From NCBI RefSeq assembly GCF_009914755.1, contig NC_060930.1: a stretch of DNA of 64,000 bases. The stretch is one strand, 5' to 3'. Within the stretch, counting starts at the first letter, position 1. Each line of letters begins with the position of its first letter. This DNA is from the human T2T-CHM13v2.0 reference genome, Homo sapiens. Below are positions 40,850 to 54,554 of this stretch, in pieces. A model generated the notes under the pieces. The model made no database searches and was not told where the DNA came from. It worked only from the letters and a program-made list of their open reading frames with translations. The translations under genes were made by a program, and so were the position numbers.

Positions 40850-41013
40850 TGAGTTTTCAGCTGTGGTGTCATATTAGAATGATCAGAGGTGTTAAAATAA
40901 ATACATGCATAAGTCTTATGCTATAACAATTGAAATAAATTATCTGGTGAGAAGACACAGTACTTATTAAAGAACCATATTTCTAATGTATAGCCAGGGC
41001 TAAGAACCACTGA
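40850..41013. mobile_element. MER5B-like hAT MITE
   Basis: 'catattagaatgatc...ttctaatgtatagccagggctaagaaccactg'. Confidence 0.7.
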
Positions 41014-44000
41014 TTTTACCTAACATCCAATAGAGCTTTTTTATTCCTTTTTCCTTTCTCTGGACCTAAGAGTGTTCTTTCACTGACCTTTTCATTCAAA
41101 AATTACTATCTGATCACCAGACTCTAATAGTCAATGCCAAGTCTTCCCATTTTTGCCTAACATCCTGATGGGACCCATGCTGTTGACTTATTTTGTATTG
41201 TAAGTGACATATCAATTTAAATAAACTACTATATCCATACACAAATAACATTGTATTAGTGATTTTTAACAAATACAAAGGTGACCCACAAAGTTCACTG
41301 CTTCTTTAGGCTACTCATCTTATCCCATTAGATCTTTTTTCCAGTAAGTATTTAGATGATGTTATGCAGTAAAAACGCATTATAAGTCCACTGAATTTCC
41401 TGCTCACTTAATAACCTAGCTTGTTCCTACTATGCTACTATGCTATAGCATTAATAGTCACCCCCAGAATCAAAATTATTACCTAACAATGAGATTATGA
41501 AAATGTAATGCTAACATAGAAATGCAGTCAGGTGGTAATTCTTCAGGCCTAACAAACTCCCAGTCATGCTAGGGATTTACTGGTCATTAAAAATGTTTGA
41601 ATGTCCAGAAATTTTAAGTATCAGTTTCTTTTATCTTGTTGTTCATGACTCTAAGTTCAGTGTTTCTCAAACTGTTGTGATACCTAAGAATTAACAACAA
41701 GGTTGCATTATAGAACATTATAAATACAGTACTTTATTTGTGAAGTAGATAATTTTCAAAGGAGTTTATGTTAATAAGATGCTTAAGTATTAAACATTGG
41801 AAGTGATTACACTATCATCACTTCCAATGTTTTTCTAAAGCAAAAATAGTTAACGATTCTTTTCTGAATGTTACTTATGAATTCATGCTTTGTGGGAGAA
41901 ACAGATTATTTTACAAAATGTCTTATAATGTGTCCTTCAATGTTTAGAATGTTGTTTCTTTACTATATTTAATAAAATATCAATTACTGACACATTTTAA
42001 TTTACATCTTTCACATACCATTTCTAAATAACTTCATTGCAAACCTCATAGTATCAAGCCCACAATTTGAGTAAATGCTAACATATTTTTTGTTGCTTCA
42101 AGTCTCTCTTACTCATCCTAAATGCAGATGTTGAAAAGTTTTTAAAATGTAAGAATTTTTCTCATCATGGAAAAAATTGGAAGTAACTGTTTTACTCAAT
42201 ATCTTCAGGTTTACCTACAAGTTTCTTAAATGCCCAGTTCCAGTTCACTTCTTATCAACTCACTTCATGTTTCTTTTCTTTCTTTCTCTCCTAAAATGCA
42301 TATCACGACCTCATCTTGTGTAATATTGTGACCTCTCTTCAAAGTTTGTATCGAATACAAAATCTTATAAAAATTATGCGTTTATTTATCAGCATGAAAC
42401 CCTAATCATGTAGCCTATCAAGGTTATATTTTCTTTATATTTTCCTTTAAGAATTTCAGAATGATACACTTTTATCATTGTAAATATGTGGATTCAAATA
42501 ATATATTTTCTGAAAACACAAATATTTAGCTTTCAATGCCACATTTAATGAAATCACATACTAATTTTGTGGAAGACTGAGATGTTCTAAAAAGAATAAG
42601 AAATCATGAAAATATTTCTGCAGGCAAACAAAATTCAGTCTTTCCACTAGTCTTTCCACACATGTGTGATATACATGTTTTTCCATGGTTAAAAAAACAT
42701 GCACACTACACATGTTGATATAAAATGTTTCCTTTTAACTATTGTTTTGAAAAAAACTTTTGAATAATCACATACAGGATATATATGAGTATGCAGGTTT
42801 GTATGAATTTTATGAAAGACAATAATTACTAAACATGCAAAAATCAAACAATTTTAATAACCATGTATATGCTAGAAATCAGCTTTGCCTCTACTGAAAC
42901 AATTTCTTCAGTCTTCTACTGACTACATTCTTATAATGTTGCATTTCAGTAACTTCAAAATTATATTGAGGAATAAGTAAGTGAAAATTGTAATTATATA
43001 AAACAATCTATAATCATAATGTAGTGGTTATATCATTATATACACACACGTACACACATAAACTATTTTTCTGAAAAACCTTGTTTTCCTTTCCTAAAGG
43101 AAACATAAACATGCGTTATGGTTTTCATTTAATTTTTATTTAAGTATTTCTTCGACCACGCATTTTACAGAAAATTTAAATGACTATACATTTTTACATT
43201 TCTGTTTATTTGTTGGAAATAGTCACATTTGCATACATTTTATTATTTTTGAATCTTGACCTAATCCTGTCTGTGAAACCACTGCGGTGCACTATATAAA
43301 GGGCAAGAGAGATGGGGTGAGATTTGAATCCCTATTCCGTGAATGATGTCTGTACTTCTGAATTTCCTAAATCTGAAGAGATTCAGAGAAAAAGTCATGA
43401 GTATGTGATTCCTCTTTGAGGAGACAACATGAACCTGTAACTGGAGGTTAATTTACATGCTATTGCTAGAGCAGGAAAATTATATCTTTGGAGAGATTAA
43501 TTGAAGAGCATAAATCTTTACTCATATGTAAGGAAAAAGCAGTTTCCTCTAGTAGCTAAGAAAGCAAAAAAGATGAAAAAGTTGATTCATAGATGACCAT
43601 GGAGAAAGATAGTGAAGTTAGGAATACCAACAAAGGTGTTAGCAGGCTAGTTCTTACAGACCATACAGCAGCATAATACCATTATGATCTGAAAAATCAT
43701 GAAAATGGGGCTACTTACTCAGTAAATTCTGGAATTGACCTTTCATTGGAGAAAAATTAGACACAAAGAAACTCTTACGCAGTATGGATAGATGAGAATA
43801 TTAAAAGACTTCAAAAAATCTTGGGCTTGAAGGTAGTACGATCTCTAGACGTATACTTTTGGTTTATTTCCTTTCTTTTAACATAACTTCCTTTCAATAG
43901 ACACAATACATATATTATAAAAATTTCTTCCTATGACCCTTATTTTTTCTTTACTTGTAACTGAGGCTATTTTAATTTCATGTAATGTGACATTACCACT

Positions 44001-44475
44001 GAGGTTGTTTTACTTCCTTTTTCACGTAGTGCCCTTAAAAGAAGAAAACAGATGTCTTAAATACATAATTATATTTGCCTCTCAAAATAACTTTGTTCTG
44101 TTGTTATCACTATTTTACACATTAGAAAACTGATGTTCAACAATGTTACATCAGCCTACAAAAGGCATACCTACGTGAGCATTAAAGCTAATATTTGAAA
44201 CCGACACTCTTGTTTATCTGTTATGTTTTCCTGATGCATCGATCCTAGTATAATCATGAAGCGTCCTTATATAACTCTGGTAACACATTTCTTTTGAAAT
44301 TGGCTTTTTAAAATATTAATATAGCCACTTCAGACATTTTATGTTCACCGTTTTCAAGGTATATCTTTCTCCTTCTATTTACTTTCAGTCTTTCAAATAG
44401 ACCTACATAGGTCTTTACATGTAAAATGCATTTTTGTAGATACTATATATATTCTAACAATGTAAATATATATGT

Positions 44476-45298
44476 TGCTATGAACTGTGAAGGGTTTGAA
44501 ATGTTACACATCATGCACAAATATTTATAGATAGATGGCCACTACATGGCTGGGTTTGAGAAAAAGAACTTAATATTATTTATCCTCACAGCAAAATGAA
44601 CAACTGTGGTAACATTTCAGTGCTGCTCCTCACCCCCGCTCCTCCCAGCCAGCATCAACATAGAGTGATGTGGTGAGAGTCACATGTAGAAATATCTTAA
44701 GGAAACACCAGCTTTCACTCAATAGGTAAGGGATACAGGAGAAAAAAAAATGTTTTCAGTGCTTATAAATGGCAGAGACTATTCACTTTCCCCGATTCCT
44801 TTAAGGGAGTCTTTTTGGAGAAACAATGGGAAGAATCCTTAATTTTACCTTCGTCATAAAAATACATTTCCTTGGGAGTCAGATAAGGCCTTTGTCTTCA
44901 GCTTCAAATCTTCAAGAGTCTGGGTTGCATTTTTTTTTTTTTTTAATGTAAACACCTGGGAAGAAAACTCTCCAGCTTTCCTCGAGGACTATTTGCCCAC
45001 CTTTGATATTAATGTTATTGTTATATAACACCTACAATATAATTGATTGGCTCTTGGGAACATAAAAGAAACTTGTATTATCTTTTTAAATCTGAACAAT
45101 TGGCTCCCTTGGGGAAACAAATGGCTGCGATCTAACTTTTATGGTGTAAGAAAATGTTCTTGAGAAAAGTGAGAGCTATACTCTAACTTTATAGTATATT
45201 ATAATGTATTATAATATATTAGATTCCATAGCTCCAGAGGCTGTGGTTTTACAGAACAACTACAAAACTAAAATCCAGGAAAGATTTATTTTCCCACA
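44476..45298 (-). mobile_element. Probable ERVL-class LTR nested in the L1M
   Basis: Starts 'tgctatgaactgtgaagggtttgaaatgttac', ends 'ttcccaca', and is compositionally distinct from the host. Family uncertain. Confidence 0.45.
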
Positions 45299-45940
45299 GT
45301 ACAGTGGGTGTTTTTTTTTGTTTGTTTGGTTTTGTTTTGTTTTCAATATTCTGACAATTTCTGCCTTTTAATCAGGCTGTCTCATTTGTTAATGTCTAAT
45401 GCAATTATCCACATGGTTGGTTTAAGTCTGCCACTTTATTTTTTATATACTACTTGGTTGCCCTAGATATTATGATTTACATCCTTGATTTTTTATAGTT
45501 CAATTATAGTTAATGCAATATTTCATGAGAATATATATGAAAACATTAAAATCTTGCTCATTCTTTGTTATAATTCTTAAATGTATCACACATACAATCA
45601 TTATAAATCCTGTAAGATGATGTTATATTCTTGTTTTATACAATCATGTTTTTAAAGAAATTGAGATAAAATAAGAACAAGGGAAAATAGTATTTTGCAT
45701 TTACTAGATAATTAGCATTTACAATGCTAGTCTTTCTTTACTGAATATATGTATGACTGTTGACCTGGCACAATTTTCCTTTAGCTCGAAGAACTTCTTT
45801 TTGACTTTCTTGTAATGCAGGTCCGTTTAGAGATAAATGCCTTTAGCTTAGTTTAAAATATCTCTATCACTTCTTGGTTACGGAAAGATATTTATTCTGT
45901 ATAGAATTTGAGGTTGACTTTAAAAAAATTACGCACTTTA

Positions 45941-46147
45941 TTTTTTTTGAGACAGGAGCTCACTCCACTCGCTCAGGCTGGAGTGCAGTGGCTTGATCTT
46001 GGCTCACTGAAGCCTTGACCTCTTGGGTTCAGGTGAGTTTCCCATCTCAGCCTCCTTAGCAGCTGGGACTAAAGGCATGTGCCACCACACCAGCTAATTT
46101 TTTATATTTTTAGTGGATATGGGTATTGCCATGTTGCCCAGGCTGGG
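45941..46147 (-). mobile_element. 5'-truncated AluJ-like element
   Basis: 'gccttgacctcttggg', 'gccatgttgcccaggctgg'. TSD a(c/t)gcacttta (45931-45940, 46148-46157). Confidence 0.9.
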
Positions 46148-47867
46148 ATGCACTTTAAATGTGTGTTCATTTTCTTCTGTCTTTCAGGGTTTCTGGTGAA
46201 AAAGACAACTCTTAATTGGATTTTTATTACCATGTTTGTAATATGGCAATTGTCTTTTGCAGCTTTCAAGAGGCAATTGACTCTTAATAATTTATGTTTC
46301 TCAGCATGATTCCTTTGTGTATAGTCTACTTCATGTTTGACTAACTTCTGTCTGCAAATTTGTTTCATTAAATTTGGGAAAGTCCAGTTTATGATATGTT
46401 CATATATAATTTTTTCTGCCCTATGCTTTCTCCACTCTGTTACTAAAATTATATATATGTTGGACATTTGAATAACATCTAACAATTGCCTGAGATCAGT
46501 GTTTTTTTTCTTTTCAATATTTATTCTTTCTGTTCTTCACCTTGGGTGAACTCTGTTGGTATACTTGAAAGTTCACTTTCTTTCTACTCTGCCATGTGCA
46601 TTAAGCTCTTAAGTCCACCCAGTGATTTTTTTTCAAATTTCAGAAATTGTATTTTTTTTAGCTCTAGAACGTCTTTCTCCTTATCTCGCTGAGATTTCCT
46701 ATTACTCTGCTGAGAATTTTTTATATTAAAAACCTATTTTGTCTATTTTGTAAAACATACATGTAAGATAATCTATACAAACTATTTTTATTTTTTTCTT
46801 TGATGATAGTTATAATAGCCACTTTTAGAATTTTTTTCTGTTAGTTCTAAACACATGGTTATTTTAGGGTCGAAACTCTTGATTTTCCTTTCTCTTGAAC
46901 CTATGCTATGTGTTCTTGGATTTTTGCATGTTAGTAATTTTGGCATTATATTATAGCTATTATAAAAGTTAAATTTTAGAGATTCTAAATTTCATCATTT
47001 TTCTCTAAGTGTTGTTTCTCTTGTTATAGTAGAATTTTTTGTTTGTTTGTTTTGGTAGGATTGAACTGCAAACCTTTTTTTACTTGGGCGGTAGCTCCTA
47101 TATTATTTCATACATTTGTCATTACAAGAGTTGTCTTGAGTCTTTTCTGCACGTGTGCTTAAGGTATTAGTTGGGCATGTGAGAAGGTAAAGTTTTGAGA
47201 GCCCCCCCTTTGGCTCTTTCCCTTTTAAACATTTCCCCATTCTTTTTAACAAATCCTGGTTTCCTTACTTCACTTTTACAACTCCTTACATAAAAAAAAA
47301 AAAAACACCTTTTTTTCATGTGTGTCCCTGTCACAACTGTGAGCACTGCTTGTACTGTCCTTAGACGTAGTCCAAAGCCCACAGTGACAGTAATTTACTC
47401 TGCCTACCTACCCTTCTACAGGTAAGCAAAAACTCTGCTATAGAACCTGCCTACTTCTATTCACCCTCTCGTACCTTCAGATAGTTGCTTATTGTATTAT
47501 ATACGTGTTTTATAATTTTCTTCAGGGATTTGTTCACTCAATTCCTACTGTGAAAACTGGAATCAAAAATGTTATTCCCTTTTTGTTTAATGAAATAGCC
47601 AAAATAAGACTAGCCTTTCTTCTCATCTGAAGTGCTCAAGCAACTTGGTTTATAAGATATAAAACATCTCAAACTATGTTCTTGGCATTTTTCCTAATTT
47701 TTAAGAATTCACAGCATCTCTATTACACAAAACTTCCTGAAACCCTTTATATCATGTTTTGTGAAGAAGAGCCTCACATGAAAATTGTCCTAGAAAACCA
47801 GTTTTTCTACTATCTTTTACTTCTTACAGTAATTGCAAAATTCTGTTCTCTTTTCATTCCGTTTACA

Positions 47868-48880
47868 TTGTTCATTCATTAATCATTTAATGACCCGTAA
47901 CTATGTTCCAGTAGTTGTTAAATTCCAAAACAAAAGAACTAACCAGGAAGATCCGAACCCTGAATTGTGTTCTTTGAAAGTAGTTTTGAAAACAAATGTG
48001 TAAGCAAATAAATTATAAAACACTTTTAAAATGGTTATTACACAAGTACCAAAAAAGCTAGGAAAGTGAAGGAAATTTTTACCTCTGTTTTAAGGTGGAA
48101 GGTAAAACTTTATAGAGGGCAAGGACATTTGAATTCGTTCTTGAAAAATGACAAGATGTTTTCCAAATAACATCTGTGGCATAGAGCTTTCCAGACAGAA
48201 ATAAGAGTAAATAGAGATAATCATTTTTCCACGTATCATCCCTATTTCTCTCTGTGGCTTTTTTTTAAGCCAAAGATGCAAACATTCATCATATTAAAGT
48301 ACATATTTTAAAAATGTGTATCTTTTTTTCAAAATAAATGTTTTTCTATGTGTTTGACATATAAGGTACATGGAATGGATGTAGCATTGTGTCAAGATGC
48401 ATGATGCTAAACTGATAAAACTTGTCCTCCATCGTCAACAGTGCAGTATAAAAAATCATTGAAGATTAAATCAATTAATGCCATGATAAAATTTATATAT
48501 TAGAAAGATAGTAATAACTCCGGTTATAGCATAGAGAACAAATTTGGAAAGAGAAAATTGTAACAAAGCAGACCATCTAATGCTTCTGAAGAGTGATTAT
48601 AAGGATCTGAACTGCCTCAATGATAACAGGTATTGAAACTTCAGATCACATTAGGAAAATATGGCAGATGGAATTGACTTGGCAGCTAATAGGAAATATG
48701 TGCATAGAAAATATTAACGAAATAAGACTCCAATATTTTATTTTTAGTAATTACATTAAAAAAAAGAAGACATTTTCAAGATGGAGGAATGAGTTTTATT
48801 TAGCCATTGTTGAGTTTGGCGTATATATTATAAATTATGACTTCTTATATCATTTAGGAAGAATATGTAGACAACAGAAT
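47868..48880 (-). mobile_element. L2 fragments, antisense
   Basis: 'ttcattcattaatcatttaatgaccc...ctatgttccag' and the downstream purine-rich L2 motifs. Confidence 0.6.
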
Positions 48881-49198
48881 AACCTGCTTTTTATTTTTTG
48901 TTTGTTTGTTTTGGTAATTTACCATTATTATTTCTCCCTTGTCTCTCTCTTTCCTTAATTCTTTAAGTGTTTCTTAACCCCTGTTTGTTTTGGTTTGTTC
49001 CAACCCTAGCCCTAACCCCCAAATTTATTGAGAAAACTTCCTAGCAATATAGACAAAATATATATTTATTAATACAATGTATGTTTATTAATTCATTTTC
49101 TTTTCTTGGATCACCAATTATTTTGTCACAAAATTCTACATAATTGGCACATCTTACAAACCTTTATTTTGGACTGCCTGCCAAAATGGCACCCACAT

Positions 49199-49480
49199 GG
49201 GCTGGGTGAGGTGACTCAGGCCTGTAATCCCTCCCTATTGGGACGCCAAGGCAGGCAGATCACCTGAGGTCAGGAGTTCGAGACCAGCCTGACCAACATG
49301 ATGAAGCCCCATCTCTACTAAAAGTACAAAAATAGCCAGGAGTGGTGGCACATGCTTGTAATCCCAGCTACTCAGGAGGCTGAAGCAAGAGAATCATTTG
49401 AACCCAGGAGGTGGAGGTTACAGTGATTCAAGATTGCACCACTGCACTCCAGTCTGGGTGACAAAGCAGGACTCTATTTC
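49199..49480 (+). mobile_element. Alu SINE, AluS-like, poly(A) tail degenerate
   Basis: 'gatcacctgaggtcaggagttcgagaccagcctgaccaacatg'. Confidence 0.93.
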
Positions 49481-51987
49481 CCCCCACCAAAAAGTTACCC
49501 ATGTTAACTTTGGTTCCATATACTATTCCATAGCCACAATTTTCATCTAATTTCATTATGTTCATCTCCCAGAAAACCTTACTCACTTTCAACTTGGAGC
49601 TTATTTGCTCCAGTATCAATGTGAGATCTTTTAACCTCCGCTTGAGATATGAGATAACTAAGACTCTGCATTTTAACAACTTGCCAAACGCAGGCCCAGA
49701 GCAGTTTTTCTGATGACCATATTAACTTGCTTTCCATCATAGCATGCTTTCTCTGCAGTCAAAAATTGTGTTATTCTTGGCATTTTATTATATATTTTCT
49801 TTGATACTGGATACTAATAATCATGAACATTCCCGAGTATGCAAAATGACAACCTAATCACAAAAAATCAAATATAATCTTTTAAATCATTTTTATGATA
49901 GATTTTCAAAGCTGCTTAAGAAGAAAAATATCACCTGATTTGCTGTATATATGACCTACCTTTATACTTTCTCAAATCTCATGGCTAAAAAAAGAAAGTA
50001 CAATAGATAGACCTTTCATCTAATTTTCAACTTGCGACCATGGCCTAAGCTTGTAATAAACATCAAATTCTATTAAAAACTATGAGAATGTTAAAAATAA
50101 AAACAAAGAAAAACAAAATCAAATTCCTCTGCTCTCTCTGCTATTTTAAAAATTCTGAATAGGAAAAAGATCTACATAGTGAAATAAATGTGATTCAATA
50201 AATAGCTTACATTACATTGTGAATTCCTGTATGCTTACATCAAGTTAATGCCCAGTAATTCAATTAAATGAACACAATTTAGAAGGAGAGATTTCCTTAA
50301 TAATGTAGCAGTGCAGTTTCTGGGTAAAATATAAAACAGTATTTATGGTCATTTACTCAAACCTCTACTAACTTCAGTGGATATTACTTTATGAATTTTA
50401 CAGTATGACACAAAAGCAAGCTCAATGAAGCAGCTATTTCTCTACCAGTTGAAGATAATAAAATACTTTACTAAGTAGTCATTTGTATTACAGTTGCCCT
50501 TCATAAAATACTGGTGCTGTATATTTTTACTATTTGCTTCCACTCTTATGGTATGCAAATATAATCATTATACCATTTTACTGAAGTGTTCAGCATGTTT
50601 CTACACCTTCTAAATTGGTGAAAATGAATTGCGATAGCATGCAGTATTAATATAAAATGCCAGGAAAATTGCCCACATAATATAACTCTCACATTATAAG
50701 ATTTAAAAATGTCAGTTTAGCTCTTGCAAACCTCCTTTTAGTTGTGCACGTAAGCAGAAACATGAGGCACTAAGTGTTATATATCTTTTGAAAATGGCCC
50801 ATCTCTCTAGGGATCAGAATAGTAATACTGCTTGCAAAATAATATTTGCAGAATCAAAGAGAAGAATACTAATCTCAGTGAAACCTAAATGTATTGCTTT
50901 ACTGCTATTGAAATTTAGGAAAAAGACAAGACTCTCTCTGTGAAGAATACAATGAGAAATTGACAATCTATATGATGAGTAGGTCTATACATTTCCCTTT
51001 CAATTTTATAGAGTGTATTGAGATCTAAAAAAAAAATTGTATAGGTTTATTCCTGAGAAAATACAGAGTTCAGTCACATAATAATGCTTTTGACCAATTT
51101 TGAGGCAAAATTTAAAACGAGGTAGTATGGATCCTTAAGACAACCTATAAAATTATAAGCCATGGTGCTTCAAATGGCAGTATCTTCTAGCTGTATTCAA
51201 TACAGAATTTTAATTTTTGAACAAGAATATATTTACTTGGAATGATTGCTTAACTTCTTTCTTCATGCCATGTTCTTCTTTACTTCTTATTCGAATTCTT
51301 ATATTGTTGAATGAAAGAAACAAACGTGGCATCTTTTAGCTGTGTAGGGAATTATTGGGAAGACAAAGCAATTTACTGGTTTTGTTTCACTTTTTCCTAT
51401 GACTAATTTTTTCCTGTAAGTAGCTGGAAGTGAGTAGCACCCACACTACATGATTGTTAAGACAGAATAAGTTAAACAAAGAGAAAGACAGGAGAAAAAC
51501 TAAAATCAGTCTTTTCTAAAGCCAGATTCCTCTTTGTAGGTGTGATTACAGAGGCACTGTCAAATGGCAGCTCTGCAAAGTACTCTTGCTTATTAAACGA
51601 TGGCACTAAGAAATCAGCATGAAAATCTTTGGTCTCCTACATAGAACTGACCTTATTTGTAATATCTCCATCCACCAAATAGGGATAACAAAACGTATGA
51701 GAAACAAATATAAGAATTACTAATGAATATATTTAATACAAATAAAACATTCAGAAACCTAGAAATATCCAACAAATGATAGTTTCACTGGTATCAAAAA
51801 AGTTACTCACTGTATTTATTCTCTCCATTACATAAAAAATGTTAAAGTATTCTAAATACATGAATAAAAATACAAAGAAATGCCAAATATATGTAACTCT
51901 TATGAAATAAAACAAACTATATTTCTTTGCCTTACATTTTTATAGAATATCATATTTTTTTCTTATTAAAACTCATAAGTAGATTTG

Positions 51988-52018
51988 AAAAAAAAAAAAG
52001 CAGCAGCAGCAGCAGCAG
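51988..52018. repeat. (A)12 followed by (CAG)6
   Basis: Directly visible. Confidence 0.9.
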
Positions 52019-52259
52019 AATCTTTAGTTCCAGAAGGACTTGAACTGAAATCCTGGCATTCTTATTCTAGACATTTGGGTAATCTTTCCAAACTAATTTT
52101 TTTTTTTTAAATTTCTCCATCTCTAAAGTGATATTTCAGGGTGGTTACTGAGAAAATACAGTAGTATTTTCTGTCCTGTCTGGGATTTAGTAAGTATCTC
52201 CAGAAGTGGAAAAAATCTATTCTATTTTTCTCCATAGATATTAATATTAATAAAGAAGA

Positions 52260-53150
52260 TAATACTGTCTTTCTTGGATACCATTCTTTCTTTGTGGTAT
52301 GCTATTTCTCTGCTTTGAAGTTATTTATCCCTCTTTGATGACAGTTCTCTACACTCCGGAGTCACTTCTTCAAGTGATTTCATCCACTATTACAGGTTAA
52401 CAACCAACTGCATGTTGATTGCTCCCAAATTCAGATCTCTAGATTCTGAATACTCCTATGTACTTTATATTTTACCACAATTATACGCCCTCTATTTCAC
52501 TTACACTATTCATCAACTTTTCTCATAATGCTAGTCATTCCCCTAGTGATTCCCATTACCCTATAAACTTTTCTTTGGCACCACTAAAGTTCATGTTATC
52601 TTTTACCCTTGCATGTTTTCAGTCAATAGGTAGAGCTGATTTTACTTAATAAATAATCCTCAAGCTGTTCCTGTTTCTCGGCCTACTACATCAACTTGAA
52701 TTTTCAGTACCTATTACCTGAAATTCTTTATTTGGCTGTATTTTTGCATCTTTGCCTGCAAACTTCCACAAATACATACTTTGCACAGTTATCAGGCTGA
52801 TCAAAATATCATGAAATGTGGCTGAAAAGCTCTTATTTTTTAAATTATGAAATGAATTTCTATCAAATATAAAAACAAAAAATTTTATACAAAGTATCAT
52901 AATATACCTTTCCTATGACCATTGAAGTTTTCAATGACCTAATGTATATGTGCCTATCCATGTTCATCTTTATCACTCACTGTTTTGCAGTTATTTTAGC
53001 AATAGCAAACTGCATTCTTTTCTGTATGCTTTTGCTCATGTCCCCACTTCCTGAAATTATCTTTTAATCTTGCTTTACTTAATTTCTACTATATTCTGTG
53101 TCTCGGATCAGACTAGCTAACAGACCTATCACATGCTTTGAAAAAAATGC
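52260..53150 (+). mobile_element. L2 fragments
   Basis: 'caactgcatgttgattgctcccaaattcagatctctag', 'tttgctcatgtccccacttcctgaaat'. Confidence 0.5.
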
Positions 53151-53249
53151 CTGACACTATGTTAAAGGGAGAAAATTTAAAAAATTTATATATTACATCT
53201 TATCTTTTCATTAGGTACATTCATAGCTAAGCCATGCCTTAAGATAATA

Positions 53250-53560
53250 CTAATACCAATTAGAAATAGTCTATTGAGGATTTTTATATATCTGAACCCA
53301 TGTTCAGGATTTTATAGGTATAGCCATTAAACTCAAAACAGACTGTGGCAGACATATCACTATTATCCACCGGAGGCCATCCTTAATATGCCTCTCTGAT
53401 AAAAGACATAGATTAGATTTCCTCAGAGGGTAAAATTAAGATGTACAGAGTTTAGGTTACTTGTAGGACATCATATAACTAAGTGGTGGATCTAGGAGTT
53501 CACCCCACATGTTTCTGACTTCCAACATTATACTTCATAACACTGTGGTGTAACTTCTCT
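53250..53560 (-). mobile_element. MIR, antisense
   Basis: 'agagtttaggttacttgtaggacatcatataactaagtggtggatctaggagttcacccc...tctgacttcca'. Confidence 0.6.
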
Positions 53561-53576
53561 CAATGAAATAACTATG

Positions 53577-53600
53577 TCTGTCTGTCTGTCTGTCTATCTA

Positions 53601-53640
<40 letters not shown>

Positions 53641-53641
53641 G
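53577..53641. repeat. Compound tetranucleotide STR (TCTG)4(TCTA)2 A (TCTA)9 TCTG
   Basis: Directly visible. Confidence 0.95.
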
Positions 53642-54554
53642 TTTCTGTCCTCATGAGTATTTAAATGCTGGCTTGACATCTAAAACAAATTAGATAGTAG
53701 ACAACACTAAACAGTAACATTTTGGAAAACATACCTGGAGTAATTTACCCTCTCCCTACATTCAAATTTAAATATTCATGAAAACACAGAAAAACTTATG
53801 AGTTGTTTAAAGTAGAATGGAAACTAAGCTTAGTGGTCTATAATATGCCAAACATTCATAAGCTCAGTATGACTCTATTACCAACCATAGCACCCTCCTC
53901 TTTTACCCACCTACAATAAACAAAAGAAGTCAACATTCTTCACGTCTAATTAACACATTTTCCCCATAGTACTCTGGAAAGTGAGGCATGGATGCATGAT
54001 TCATGGAGGGTGAATTATTTTAGTCATTTAAGGTGCTTTGTGGCTAGAAGGATGGAAAAAGGGGATACAAGTGCTATAAGTGGATCACTTAAAGAGATAA
54101 TCTATCTCTGTGGGAAGCCTGTACAGAATGAGACACTCTCTAGCCCAAGGGCAATAACTGGCTTCTGGAGCAAGATGCTGGCTATTGAACGTGACAAGGA
54201 ACTGCTTATGGCTCCTCCTGACCAAGGCTGTTTCTGTACCTGAGTCCTTCAGGAGATAGGAAAGAAAACTAGCCAGGAAGGTAAATGAAGCTGCTTTTAA
54301 ATAACAATTCTATGAAAACAAAACAAAACAACAACAAAAAAACAAAAACAGAGATGGTTGCATTTACTTCCAAGACAATATATTTTATATCTACATTAAG
54401 CAGAATAGGGTTTGTGACTTAAGTTGTTATACAAAAATGACAGTTACATTTACTTTTGAAAATCTGTGTTTGTGATTATGAAACTTGAGTCTATCAAAAA
54501 GGAGAATATTTCCTGCCACCCTATCAGTTACTCCCTTCCTCAGTGGTTTAGGGG

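Larger units (their letters stand above)
43880..47560 (-). mobile_element. Old L1M (L1MC/MD/ME-type) fragments, ORF1/5' region, antisense
   Basis: T-rich reverse L1 motifs ('taatatagccacttcag', 'gcagctttcaaga', 'ttcattaaatttgggaaagt'). Minus-strand ORF 46102-46485 resembles a decayed ORF1. Confidence 0.75.

Noticed and set aside
49000-49020. Telomere-like ccctagccctaaccc (also near 6250-6266)
   Set aside because: Only about 2 imperfect units, which is expected by chance.
52001-52018. (CAG)6 as a polyglutamine or disease repeat
   Set aside because: Very short, not in an exon-like context, and adjacent to a poly-A run.
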